Virus record (IMG/VR): IMGVR_UViG_3300032893_000005
Coordinates: 32,001-96,000 of that record
Length of the DNA stretch: 64,000 bases
Direction: 5' to 3' (one strand)
From: a virus
A program made the translations under genes and the position numbers. The number at the start of each line of letters is the position of its first letter. Within the stretch, counting starts at the first letter, position 1. Below are positions 48,415 through 57,816 of the stretch, piece by piece. The notes under the pieces are model-generated. The model ran no database searches, had not been told where the DNA came from, and saw only the letters and a program-made list of their open reading frames with translations.

Positions 48415-48791
48415 AGTACGTCGCAGTCGTCGTGAACATCAACGGCTCGATAGACTCACAAGGTGAGGTCATCATGGGAGACGTGACGTTTCCAGATCAT
48501 CCGGTGCAGTTCTTCCGTGACAGTGACATAGGTAAGAGTATCAGTGAAGGTGAACCTTTAGGCGTAGCCAAGCTTAGGAAGGAAGGTAACCAAGTCTTCG
48601 CGGACATCGATACCTTCAGTCCCATAGACATATCCGGCATGTACGCGGTTCCCACAGGATCGATAAAGACCAGGAGAGGGAACGTGATCACGGAGTGCAG
48701 CATATCAGGCATCATGTTGACCCCTTCCCCTGCCGACAAAAATCTGTTACCACTTACTAAAGTGGAGGATGACGATGGGCAAGCACGTTAG
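48411..48791 (+). CDS. degenerate prohead protease (HK97/S78-like) paralog
   Basis: IDSQGEVI...RRGNVITECSISGIMLTPSPADK; catalytic His/Ser motifs not evident. Confidence 0.6.
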   Translation: MKYVAVVVNINGSIDSQGEVIMGDVTFPDHPVQFFRDSDIGKSISEGEPLGVAKLRKEGNQVFADIDTFSPIDISGMYAVPTGSIKTRRGNVITECSISGIMLTPSPADKNLLPLTKVEDDDGQAR

Positions 48792-49113
48792 CTTCGGAAG
48801 CTCGAGTAGTGGCATCAAGGAACACGTCAAGGGACTCGTGACCTTCGAGTACTACCGCGACGGGAACCTGTTCTACAAGACAGAGTCAGGCCTTCGCTTC
48901 CCGGTGCCGGTCTCAGACATCGGCAACGCCACGTTCATGGCCTCAGACCGCGCCATGCTGTTCATGCGTTGGATCAGGCAGCACCTCGAGATCAACAAAG
49001 GCGTAGCAGTCATGGTCGACGTATCTATAAAGCCCAACGAGGCCAAGCTGGTCGATCCATCGAACCCGGCAAACTCTGTCCTCATCAAGAACATAGGAGA
49101 CGGCAATGGTTAG
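48769..49113 (+). CDS. conserved phage hypothetical protein
   Basis: FEYYRDGNLFY..FPVPVSDIGNATF..AMLFMRWIR. Confidence 0.65.
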   Translation: MTMGKHVSFGSSSSGIKEHVKGLVTFEYYRDGNLFYKTESGLRFPVPVSDIGNATFMASDRAMLFMRWIRQHLEINKGVAVMVDVSIKPNEAKLVDPSNPANSVLIKNIGDGNG

Positions 49114-49681
49114 GATAGGCAGGCCTCCTCACGTTTACCTGATCGAAGGCCATAATGACATGAGCCACTTTACTCCGAGCGAGTACGTGTGCAACGAGTT
49201 CGTATACGTCACCGACGAACTTTACATGAAGCTCCTCCAGTTCACGGACCCGACGCTCATCGAGGGAACGCAGACCGAGAAGGAAGAGATGAAGTCTGCC
49301 TTGGAGTCATCAGCGGTTAAGTCTCTCGGACCAGGTGAAAGTTCTGCTGATAACTTGATGACTTTCTTGTCCGGCACGTCGCTTGCGCAGCGCATCAAGC
49401 GCGCGATAGACATGAACCCTGGCAAGAGCATGCTCTGGCAGTTCAACGGACTTGGTCCGAACATGAAGGATCAGTACCGTCACGTAGTCGCTATGGGAGA
49501 CCCGAGCCTGCTGCACGTCTGGACTGACTTTGAAGCCTACGTCATCCTGCCCTTGCACCGCATGAGGGTTAAGGCACTGAACAGGATGATCCGCAGACGG
49601 CAGCAGCGTGAGATCGCAAGCTGGGAAGCGTACCTTAAAGAAGTCTACTCAAGGAGAGAAAATGAAACTGCTAACCCTTAG
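49106..49681 (+). CDS. hypothetical protein
   Basis: Collinear ORF. Confidence 0.6.
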   Translation: MVRIGRPPHVYLIEGHNDMSHFTPSEYVCNEFVYVTDELYMKLLQFTDPTLIEGTQTEKEEMKSALESSAVKSLGPGESSADNLMTFLSGTSLAQRIKRAIDMNPGKSMLWQFNGLGPNMKDQYRHVVAMGDPSLLHVWTDFEAYVILPLHRMRVKALNRMIRRRQQREIASWEAYLKEVYSRRENETANP

Positions 49682-49886
49682 CCTGATTGCCATGTCGCTG
49701 GCGGCCTGCGCGAGCAAGCCTGTCAAGCAGGAGCCGTCTGAGTACGTGATCGGATGCGCCACTGGCATGTTCATGGTAGCGAAGATGAACAACAGCGTAA
49801 CCGAGGACAACCGAGAAGGACTAACTCAGTTATTTGCTCAGATCTGCATGTCACTTGAACACAGCTACCGGGAGAGGACCAAGTGA
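49662..49886 (+). CDS. small lipoprotein
   Basis: Lipobox LAAC; two further Cys. Confidence 0.7.
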   Translation: MKLLTLSLIAMSLAACASKPVKQEPSEYVIGCATGMFMVAKMNNSVTEDNREGLTQLFAQICMSLEHSYRERTK

Positions 49887-50164
49887 GGTTCAAGAGTAAG
49901 GTCGTCCACATCGACGCGAAGCAGTGGGACGGCGACTGGCGCGTGCTGTGCGACTGGGCATCGTCCATCAGCGTAGGCAGCGGTACCGGCTTGTCGTACA
50001 ACGGTAAGAGCTTGCAGATCCACACCCTGGAAGGTACCATGTCGGTCGGCATCGGTGATTGGGTGATTTGCGGAACCGAGGGCGAGTTTTATCCGTGCAA
50101 AAATACGGTCTTTCAACGTAAATACGAACCGGCCCCTGAGCCGGAGAGGAGTGGTGCAGTATGA
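49883..50164 (+). CDS. TLEG...GDW..G..GEFYPCK family protein (PGDYG-like; candidate signal-sponge anti-defence protein)
   Basis: IHTLEGTMSVGIGDWVICGTEGEFYPCKNTVFQRKYE. Confidence 0.65.
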   Translation: MRFKSKVVHIDAKQWDGDWRVLCDWASSISVGSGTGLSYNGKSLQIHTLEGTMSVGIGDWVICGTEGEFYPCKNTVFQRKYEPAPEPERSGAV

Positions 50165-50532
50165 TTACATCGAACGGAACATTTGTACAGGTGGTGACGG
50201 CTGCAGAAGCTGCGGCTGCCTACAAAGCCAACCCGTACAACAAGATGGAGACGCTCAAGGCAGACCTCATGGACGGCATCACCCGCGCAATGCTCTGCGG
50301 TAGCCCTAGCTACTCGTACTTCGGGTACAGGAATAAGCTGGAGCAGCCTGTCATAGACTGGCTCGTCAGCCTGGGATACTTGGTGTGGCACCATAGTCCA
50401 TACGATGGCTCAGGTCGCAAGCAGTACACCTACAGCATCTACTGGGCATTCCCAGACGACGCAACGGTCGCACCGTTTGCCCCTGGCGAGCGATTCGACG
50501 AGGGCTACAGCGACGCGGAGAGTACGGTATGA
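50161..50532 (+). CDS. small hypothetical protein (L..LGY.V...W family)
   Basis: TAAEA...WLVSLGYLV...IYW. Confidence 0.6.
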   Translation: MITSNGTFVQVVTAAEAAAAYKANPYNKMETLKADLMDGITRAMLCGSPSYSYFGYRNKLEQPVIDWLVSLGYLVWHHSPYDGSGRKQYTYSIYWAFPDDATVAPFAPGERFDEGYSDAESTV

Positions 50533-50909
50533 AGAAGCTGTTTCGGTTTCAGTACGAGAAGTGCAGCGGCACTTGCTACCACCCGTCTCCAGAGTTCTTC
50601 GAGGAGCTTCGGTGCCTGGACAAGACAGTCCTGAAGCGCGTGGTGGATAAGGTAGTCGCATCGCACGACAGGGTGTGCAACGATCCAGAGATGCGATTCG
50701 GCGTAGACTACGACGAGAAGAGCAAGCACTACATCGCCAGCTTCGTTAACCACGGCAAGCTTGACTTGTTCACGTCCAGAGTGTTCATGGGAGCCGTCGA
50801 GGAGATGTGCGAGTTCATCCTGTCCGAGGTCCAAGGAGGTGCGTCTGGCGACTGCGAGTACGATCACACTACTGAAAAGTTGCACGAAGCCATCATGAGG
50901 GCCGTATGA
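50529..50909 (+). CDS. hypothetical protein
   Basis: Translationally coupled ORF. Confidence 0.55.
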   Translation: MKKLFRFQYEKCSGTCYHPSPEFFEELRCLDKTVLKRVVDKVVASHDRVCNDPEMRFGVDYDEKSKHYIASFVNHGKLDLFTSRVFMGAVEEMCEFILSEVQGGASGDCEYDHTTEKLHEAIMRAV

Positions 50910-51061
50910 TCATCTCTCAGGTAATGCGTACGGTAGCGATCTTCGTATGGATACTGCTTGGCCTACACCTGATCGCCGTCGATCGTATCGCAGCGACCTG
51001 TACGCTGATCAGCGGTACTCTGTTCATGGCCGCTTTGATATACGACGAGGCTTCATCATGA
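50906..51061 (+). CDS. small membrane protein
   Basis: Manual translation; two hydrophobic segments; coupled ATGA junctions. Confidence 0.5.
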   Translation: MIISQVMRTVAIFVWILLGLHLIAVDRIAATCTLISGTLFMAALIYDEASS

Positions 51062-51212
51062 AGAAGGAAGAACTGCAGAAGCACTTAGACTCTCTGCTAG
51101 AGAAGCGCCGCAAGATCTTGACCAGCAAGAGTGCGAAGCCGAGCGAGATCACCGACAAGTTAAACAAGGTCGCCAAGGAGATCGAGTCGACCAGAAACAA
51201 GATGGAGAAGTT

Positions 51213-51440
51213 ATGAAACTGTACGCTACCAAGTTCCGAGAGAAGGGTGACAAGGAGTATAAGACTGTCCTGATCATGGCGAAGGACTTCGACGAGTATC
51301 GCGAGAAGTTCGCAGACTTCTTGAAGGTCGGCGAGTACGACGTCGACAAGCGTACCATATCATGGGCAGGAAACTCTGTTCCGTTCATGTCCGAGGGTAG
51401 AGCTGAAGTCCTGTGCACAAACTTGGACGAAGTGAACTAA
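51213..51440 (+). CDS. hypothetical protein
   Basis: Translationally coupled ORF. Confidence 0.55.
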   Translation: MKLYATKFREKGDKEYKTVLIMAKDFDEYREKFADFLKVGEYDVDKRTISWAGNSVPFMSEGRAEVLCTNLDEVN

Positions 51441-51441
51441 C

Positions 51442-51663
51442 ATGAGGTACCTAGTCAAGCAGCCGGAGAAGTACAGGAAGGCGAAGTCTAAGAGCAAGCG
51501 CCTTAACCCGTCCTGGCACTTCGACACCGAGCAGGAAGCCAAGGCCTTCGCAGACTCCTTCAAGGAGTGCTGGGTCGACGTGTGGTTTGAGGGTAAGATC
51601 GTCCACAGCAACTACAGTAAGGCAGTGCCGGACTGGTTCAGGAAGATCAAGGAAGTAGCATGA
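51442..51663 (+). CDS. hypothetical protein
   Basis: Collinear ORF. Confidence 0.55.
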   Translation: MRYLVKQPEKYRKAKSKSKRLNPSWHFDTEQEAKAFADSFKECWVDVWFEGKIVHSNYSKAVPDWFRKIKEVA

Positions 51664-51856
51664 CGGAAGTCTACGAGCTTGAGTTCAGCCATCAGATAGA
51701 GCCTCAGAACTACGGCCTCTTCAAGAGCATCTTTCACGCAGAGCAGTACATGAAAGAGTACTTGAAGGGTGTAGACTTAACCAAGAAGACGTCGTATCAT
51801 GACGGTCAGACGATCATCTACGACGGTGATTATATCTTAAGACGGAGGATTGTGCG

Positions 51857-52462
51857 ATGAGTGACGAAGGATACGACGCAGGACCTTGGGACAAGGATCA
51901 TCCGGCTCCCACGAGCAGCCCAGCAACTGACGACATCAAGGACCAGCCGATAACGCTTAACGGCATGAAGCTGGCGGACGACGAGATCTTGGTCCTCAAC
52001 ATCCAAGGCCCAGACATCGACGCTGACATGATCCAGAACATCCGCACCTCCCTCCGCAGGGAGCTTGGCGAAGGCCGCGTGCTCATCCTTGGAAGCGACG
52101 ACGAGACGACAGTCCAGATGGCTACCATCAAGCAGCCGCCGTCCACTCTCGCGGTGAAGGTCTCAGGTGCTGAAATTTACAAGGCCGTCAAGAACTACAT
52201 CAAGTCGAACGAGGTCATCCACGCCAAGGTCAAGGAAGCCGTCGAGGAGACGATCAAGAAGGGCGCGGTGCAGAACCAGCTCGACCAGATCGTGAAGCAG
52301 CACTTCACCGGCTGGGGATCTGAGAAGAAGCTGACCGAACTCATGAAGCAGGTCATCAGCGACGACTTCAGGAAGCGCGTCGACGCCGAGATCGCAAGTG
52401 CCGTCGAGAAGGTGCTGGAGCGTGCGGTGTTCGTGATGCCTCCGAAGGACAAGCAGACGTGA
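51857..52462 (+). CDS. two-part protein; N-half resembles a portal clip segment, C-half is helical
   Basis: ILVLNIQGPDIDADMIQNIRTSLRRELGEGRVLILGSDDETTVQM. Confidence 0.45.
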   Translation: MSDEGYDAGPWDKDHPAPTSSPATDDIKDQPITLNGMKLADDEILVLNIQGPDIDADMIQNIRTSLRRELGEGRVLILGSDDETTVQMATIKQPPSTLAVKVSGAEIYKAVKNYIKSNEVIHAKVKEAVEETIKKGAVQNQLDQIVKQHFTGWGSEKKLTELMKQVISDDFRKRVDAEIASAVEKVLERAVFVMPPKDKQT

Positions 52463-52689
52463 AGACCTTAGTCCTCCTGGCACTGTTCATCTCTGGCTGC
52501 TCGATCGAGATCGGGTCTAACACCAGCATCGAAGAGCAGATGCAGAACTACTGCAAGAAGTGCGGTGGAGTAAGCGCCGGGTTCGTGAACGACTACGGCC
52601 TCGAGCTTACCTGCGTCGATGGAACACACCTGTCGCAGAAGTACGTCGGCCTCAAGGGGACGAAGACCGTACTGGGGAGCTGCAAGTGA
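52459..52689 (+). CDS. small Cys-rich lipoprotein
   Basis: Lipobox ISGC; CKKC..C..C. Confidence 0.65.
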   Translation: MKTLVLLALFISGCSIEIGSNTSIEEQMQNYCKKCGGVSAGFVNDYGLELTCVDGTHLSQKYVGLKGTKTVLGSCK

Positions 52690-53186
52690 TCGACTTCAAC
52701 AACTGCATCATGGAGTTCGAGGTTGGACACTACGCGATCGCCGAGGTCGGCGGTGTCCTGACGAAGTACAGGGCATACGAGATCTTAGAGCGACGTCCCG
52801 AAGAAAACCAGCTCCTACTGAGAGATGACAGTAAGGATTCTCCCGTAGAGTTCTGGGTCGACTCTCGATGTTTTCGATACTTCCCGTACAGCGCAGTCGT
52901 CTTCGCTGAGGGTGAGCATAAGACCATCGACGAGCTTCTGCACGAGATCGCCTACTCCTGGGACCACACCTACTGGCCATCGACACTACATAAGGACGAA
53001 GATGGCTTGTTCCACGTCAACAAGCTAACGATCAGCCCGTTCTGGACTGAGTACAAGGGTCAGTACGAGAAGGTCGCGCCGGGGCTCTACGAGTACCTGT
53101 GCCGCATATACGAGGTGATCGAGGAAGCCCGCGAGAAGTTCGGGAAGCCTAAGATGTTCGACGGGACGGAGGTTCAGGATGAGTAA
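52686..53186 (+). CDS. hypothetical protein
   Basis: GTG start coupled to the previous stop. Confidence 0.55.
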   Translation: MIDFNNCIMEFEVGHYAIAEVGGVLTKYRAYEILERRPEENQLLLRDDSKDSPVEFWVDSRCFRYFPYSAVVFAEGEHKTIDELLHEIAYSWDHTYWPSTLHKDEDGLFHVNKLTISPFWTEYKGQYEKVAPGLYEYLCRIYEVIEEAREKFGKPKMFDGTEVQDE

Positions 53187-53418
53187 CTTTCTGCAGATGC
53201 TTAAGAAGGCCCGCAAAGACCTCATCGACGCAGGCATGAGCTACAGGGACGTGAGCGAGCTGATCACGAACGGCCAAGTCTCCTTCGACACTTCGCTAGA
53301 CGACCAAGCAGAGCAGATGAAGTGGAAGCTGAAGAAGCTTGGACTTAAGGTTGACATAACGACGACCGAGTCGAGTCACTACAACAGAGAGTCACACAAG
53401 ATGTGGGTCCGCCTGTGA
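53179..53418 (+). CDS. small hypothetical protein
   Basis: LKKLGLKV...MWV. Confidence 0.55.
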   Translation: MSNFLQMLKKARKDLIDAGMSYRDVSELITNGQVSFDTSLDDQAEQMKWKLKKLGLKVDITTTESSHYNRESHKMWVRL

Positions 53419-54865
53419 AGACGGTTGACATCTACGAGCCTGGCGACAAGATCAGCCTCTACTCGTGCCCGCGCTGCGGTCGCAACGTCTACAACGAGGT
53501 GACAGGTGTCGACTGCTACGGAGCCAACGACATCACCACCTACATCAAGTGCCTAGGCTGTAACTTGCTCTACTGGTTCAGCTCGTTTACTGGCAGAACA
53601 AACACTAACGGGAACGATGCCGCATGAAAACTCTGAAGTACGTCTTAGGATCTGCTGCCATCCTCTACGCGATGGGGAGCCTAGTCATGCTAGTGTCTGG
53701 GCTTCAGGATAGTCAGTGGGGTCCGATGTTCTCAGACTGCAGGACTGACAAGAACCACCTTGAGCAGATCTTCTTACCGGCATACTCAGCCGGATGCTGG
53801 CTGGGGCACAAGTGAGCGCCGCAGACAAGAGGCACGCCAACCACGGAGAAGTATTCAGCGGGTCGATAATGATCCAGCAGGGCTACGCCATAGCCACGAT
53901 GAACACCTGCGCGATGTTCCAAGACCGTGGACTACACGGCTCATCAGGGGACGTCAACGGTAGAGCCATCATGATCAACAGGAGCAACTCTATAATGGGG
54001 TCGGAGGAAGCCTGGGAGAGGAACAAAGCTCTCTTGGAGTCCAACGATGACTAGGCAGCAGAAGATCAACTTGATCAAGGTCCTTCGATGTTCGCTCAAG
54101 TCAGAGAACATCACTGATTACTGTGACGGCGACGGAATAGGTTACTCCAGCACTGCAAGCTACTCCAGAGATGTAGCGGTGAAGCATAACGACGAGCTGA
54201 GGGCGTTCATAGCCATCTTGACTCGGGAAGTGAAGAAGAGTAAGATCTAGGTAGCTCTAGGAGGGACTTATGAGCGATCTGGCTGCATACCTTATCGGTT
54301 TCATCGGATTCTTGATCTTCGTCTACAAGATCATACGCGTTCTGACGCCTCAGAACGACCTCATGGACGCCATCGACACCTCCCTCCGCTTCGCTTACTG
54401 CGAACTCCGAGACGCTGAGGACGAGGTTGGCAAGCGCTTCTACATGAACCAGATTGAGACGCTCAACCGAGCACTCTCTGACGCCGCTCGAGGCGGTGTG
54501 CCGGAGGACTTCGCATGACCTGGGACAAGGCGCAACGCTTCTTCAACGGTGCGATCGTCGGCGCAGGCGCAGCCCTGATCATCGCCTTCGCTATCGGACA
54601 GGTAACTGCCTGGATGTTCTTCTGGTTCGGAACCTGGACCGGGCTAGCGATCGGAACTAAGATCGTCCGGTACTGGAGGAGTCGATGAAGACCACTAACC
54701 AGCCACTCATCCTACCAGCTCCGCGCAAGGAGAAGAACGGCGTCTTCTTTGACCCCTACAACTGGAAGTGCAACACCGACAACGGCAGGAAGAACTCCGC
54801 CGACTCACGCCGCAAGACGAAGTTCAAGCCACGAACGATCGCTGACGTCATCGCAGAGCGTGAGA

Positions 54866-55183
54866 ATGGCGAGCGATAACCACGTCCACATCTTCGTCAA
54901 GCCTTTCCAGATCTGGCCCTTCAAGAAGGTCTGGTATCGATCGCTCTGCGGTCGCGAGAAGTCAGAGTACCCGCACCTAGACCAGGCCGACCTGTCCTGC
55001 AAGCACTGCGCTGCTAGGCTCGAAGATCGCGGGGTCTGGAAGGAGTATCGCAGGTCCCAGATGAAGTTCTCAGCCCTCAAGTCTTTCAGAGAGGCTTTCG
55101 GCGAAGAGAAGTTTGAGAACAGGGCCTTCGCCCTTGAGAACCATGTCACCAGCCTCGACTACTTCACGGAGGATGAGGCATGA
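54866..55183 (+). CDS. Zn-finger protein, paralog A
   Basis: HIFVKPFQIWPFKKVWYRSLCG...CKHC. Confidence 0.6.
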   Translation: MASDNHVHIFVKPFQIWPFKKVWYRSLCGREKSEYPHLDQADLSCKHCAARLEDRGVWKEYRRSQMKFSALKSFREAFGEEKFENRAFALENHVTSLDYFTEDEA

Positions 55184-55404
55184 CTCACATCTTCCTGATG
55201 CCATTTCGCATCTACCCGTCCAAGAAGATATGGTACAAGTCCTTGTGCGGCGCTGAGAAGTCCGAGTCTCAGCAGGTCGGTTACACCAACTGTCACGTGT
55301 GCGATCACCTCAAGGAGCACAACCAAGTGCACATCATCAGGGCTCAGTTTGACCAGCACGTCACGAGTGCTCCGGTCAGCTTCAGGGTTCCGGTGATAGG
55401 ATGA
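55180..55404 (+). CDS. Zn-finger protein, paralog B
   Basis: HIFLMPFRIYPSKKIWYKSLCG...CHVC. Confidence 0.6.
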   Translation: MTHIFLMPFRIYPSKKIWYKSLCGAEKSESQQVGYTNCHVCDHLKEHNQVHIIRAQFDQHVTSAPVSFRVPVIG

Positions 55405-55868
55405 AGTGCGACTTCTGCGGAGGCACCGGCTTCCACCTGTCCCCTGACGTAGTAGAGCCGATCTTGATCCCCTGCACCAAGAAGGGCTGCAAGGCTGGCA
55501 AGAAGCCGCCGAAGCCGCCTAAGAAGACCACCACGATGAGCGGCGTCAAGTACGAGTGGGTCGTGATCGAGTGGCACGGCCCGGCGGGATGGGAAGTTGT
55601 GTCGAAGAAGACTGGCGACTTCAAAGAACACATGGCCCAAGTTGCCGAGCGTCGAAAGAACTCACCGCCTGGTCACGTTAAGTCAATCCATGTCTGCTGG
55701 CTCGACGACGTCAGGAACTGGGATGGTCCAGAAGATGTAGTTCTGTCTCTGCACGATCGTCTCGAAGTGAAACACTTCAAGAAGTTTTTGGAGCTTAAGG
55801 AAAAGTATGGTATGGAAGTACTTGAGAAGCGCCCTTACTGGCGCAAATACTTAGGACTGGAGGACTAA
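55401..55868 (+). CDS. hypothetical protein with N-terminal Zn ribbon
   Basis: CDFCGGTG...CTKKGC. Confidence 0.55.
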   Translation: MKCDFCGGTGFHLSPDVVEPILIPCTKKGCKAGKKPPKPPKKTTTMSGVKYEWVVIEWHGPAGWEVVSKKTGDFKEHMAQVAERRKNSPPGHVKSIHVCWLDDVRNWDGPEDVVLSLHDRLEVKHFKKFLELKEKYGMEVLEKRPYWRKYLGLED

Positions 55869-56315
55869 ATGGACAACTATCAGCAAGAGCGTGCTAAGGA
55901 AGCTGGTCGGATGATCGGCTTCACCGTCGGTGGAACGATCTCGTTCGTGATCCTGCTCCTGTTCTACATGATCGGCTGCCCGCAGTACAACGTGTACCAG
56001 CAGCGCATGGAAGGTGAAGCGCAGCTCGCTCACGCCGAGTACTCGAAGAAGGTTCAGGTCCAAGACGCCCTCGGTAAGCTCGAGGCTTCAAAGTCTCTGG
56101 CCGAAGTCGAGGTCACCCGCGCTGGCGGCGTGGCCCGAGCAAACAACATCATCGGCGACTCGCTCAAGAACAACGAAGCCTACCTCCGCTGGCTCTACAT
56201 CGAGGGCTTGAAGGAGAAGCAGGGCACTGAGGTCATCTACGTGCCGACGGAAGCCGGTCTTCCTATCCTCGAGGCTGGTAAGCGCGTGATGAAGCTCCAA
56301 GAGGAGAAGAAGTAA
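55869..56315 (+). CDS. membrane protein with SPFH/prohibitin-like coiled-coil C-terminus
   Basis: TM helix, then AGGVARANNIIGDSL..YLRWL..VIYVPTEAGLPILEAG. Confidence 0.7.
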   Translation: MDNYQQERAKEAGRMIGFTVGGTISFVILLLFYMIGCPQYNVYQQRMEGEAQLAHAEYSKKVQVQDALGKLEASKSLAEVEVTRAGGVARANNIIGDSLKNNEAYLRWLYIEGLKEKQGTEVIYVPTEAGLPILEAGKRVMKLQEEKK

Positions 56316-56677
56316 TGACCACCCGGAAGCAGTTTGAAGAAGCAGTCGAAGTAATCCAAGCAGCGCTCCGAGAGAAGCTGGTGATCGATGACCTCTATCA
56401 GCCCACAGGAGTGGACCAGGTTTACATCAACAGTCACACTGCTTGCCCCATAAATTACAGCAGCGACATCGACTTCGGTGGATGGACCGTCTGCGATAGC
56501 CGCAAGCTGTGCATTCGCACGGAAGCTGATGTTCTGAAAGAGCAGCTCGATCAAGCTGAGAAAGAACATAAGGAAAACTTGAGCAAAGTATCTACGGCAA
56601 ACATCCTGTCATCTCACTCTGCTACCAAGGTGGAAGAGCTGAAGATGAAGCTCGCTCAGCTCGGGAAGTATCCATGA
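56315..56677 (+). CDS. hypothetical protein
   Basis: Translationally coupled ORF. Confidence 0.55.
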   Translation: MTTRKQFEEAVEVIQAALREKLVIDDLYQPTGVDQVYINSHTACPINYSSDIDFGGWTVCDSRKLCIRTEADVLKEQLDQAEKEHKENLSKVSTANILSSHSATKVEELKMKLAQLGKYP

Positions 56678-57039
56678 ACCGTCGTGGCTTCATCCGTGGC
56701 ATGCTTGCGGCAGCAGCGCTCGCCGCTGTTCCGTTCAAGTGGGCGTTCAAGCAGACGTCCAAGGTCTTCACTGGCGCAAGGGCTAGGATCTTCATTAACG
56801 GTAAGTTAATCGCTTACACAGGCGAAGTTACCGTATCCTACGATCCCAAAGATTTATCCATGCATACTATTGGACAGTACAAACCTGAAGAAGTTAATCT
56901 AGGACCAGTTGAGTTCACTGCTACTGTCACGCGTGTAGTAAAGGGTTCTGAGTGGGACAAGCTCATGAGCCTTTCTGACGAAGACCGCGAAGCTCTCTTG
57001 AACGAGAATCCGCCAGTTCGTCGCGAGGACATCACATGA
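56674..57039 (+). CDS. twin-arginine signal fused to a tail-tube-like N-terminal segment
   Basis: MNRRGFIRGMLAAAALAA followed by KVFTGARARIFINGKLIAY...HTIGQYKPEEV...RVVKG. Confidence 0.6.
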   Translation: MNRRGFIRGMLAAAALAAVPFKWAFKQTSKVFTGARARIFINGKLIAYTGEVTVSYDPKDLSMHTIGQYKPEEVNLGPVEFTATVTRVVKGSEWDKLMSLSDEDREALLNENPPVRREDIT

Positions 57040-57486
57040 GTCAGCATGACCTTGGCATCATATACGAGAACGAAGTCGCAACTGTGCAAGAGTTCGAGAT
57101 CGAGAACAAGCCGTACGGCTGCCACTCTGAGTACGTCGTCAAGCACAAGACCTTGCCGTGCGTTCCTAAGTGGTTCAACGAGCAAGACGGTTGGGACGCT
57201 CGCAAGAAGGCGATAGCCTACTGCGACAACTACGATAGGCAGATGGTCATATGAAGAAGCCTAAGATCTTAGTCGGATTCTTCAACCAGGCTGGAGGCTT
57301 CACGAAGGGAAGCGTAACGGCTTCGTCCATGACTGACGTCATCATAGAGAAGTGGGCTTACGACAAGCTCGTCGTTGGCCTCAGAGAGCTTCACAAGGAG
57401 CTTATCCTCTCTCCAGACGACGGTATCCGCCCGATAGTAGTTGCCAAGGTAGTGAAGACTCTGCTTGAGGAAGTTGGGGAGAAGCC

Positions 57487-57816
57487 GTGACTAACGGAAG
57501 CTGGATCGGCGTAGACCTTGACGGGACGCTCGCCCACTACGATGGCTGGAAGGGTCCTGAGCATATCGGTGAACCTGTTCCTATAATGATGGCCCGCGTT
57601 AAAACTTGGCTTGCTCAAGGCCGTCGTGTTAAGATCATGACAGCTCGAGCTAGTGATCCCGCACAGGTCGTCCACGTCAAAAAGTGGCTGGTCAAGCATG
57701 TCGGGATCGAGCTTGAGGTTACGAACGTAAAGGACTTCCAGATGGTTGAGCTTTGGGACGATCGGGCAGTGCAAGTGATCCCGAACACAGGCCGAAGAGT
57801 GGACGGTATGCCATGA
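57487..57816 (+). CDS. HAD-family (PNK-phosphatase-like) protein
   Basis: VDLDGTL, MTAR, TNVK and WDDRA. Confidence 0.8.
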   Translation: MTNGSWIGVDLDGTLAHYDGWKGPEHIGEPVPIMMARVKTWLAQGRRVKIMTARASDPAQVVHVKKWLVKHVGIELEVTNVKDFQMVELWDDRAVQVIPNTGRRVDGMP

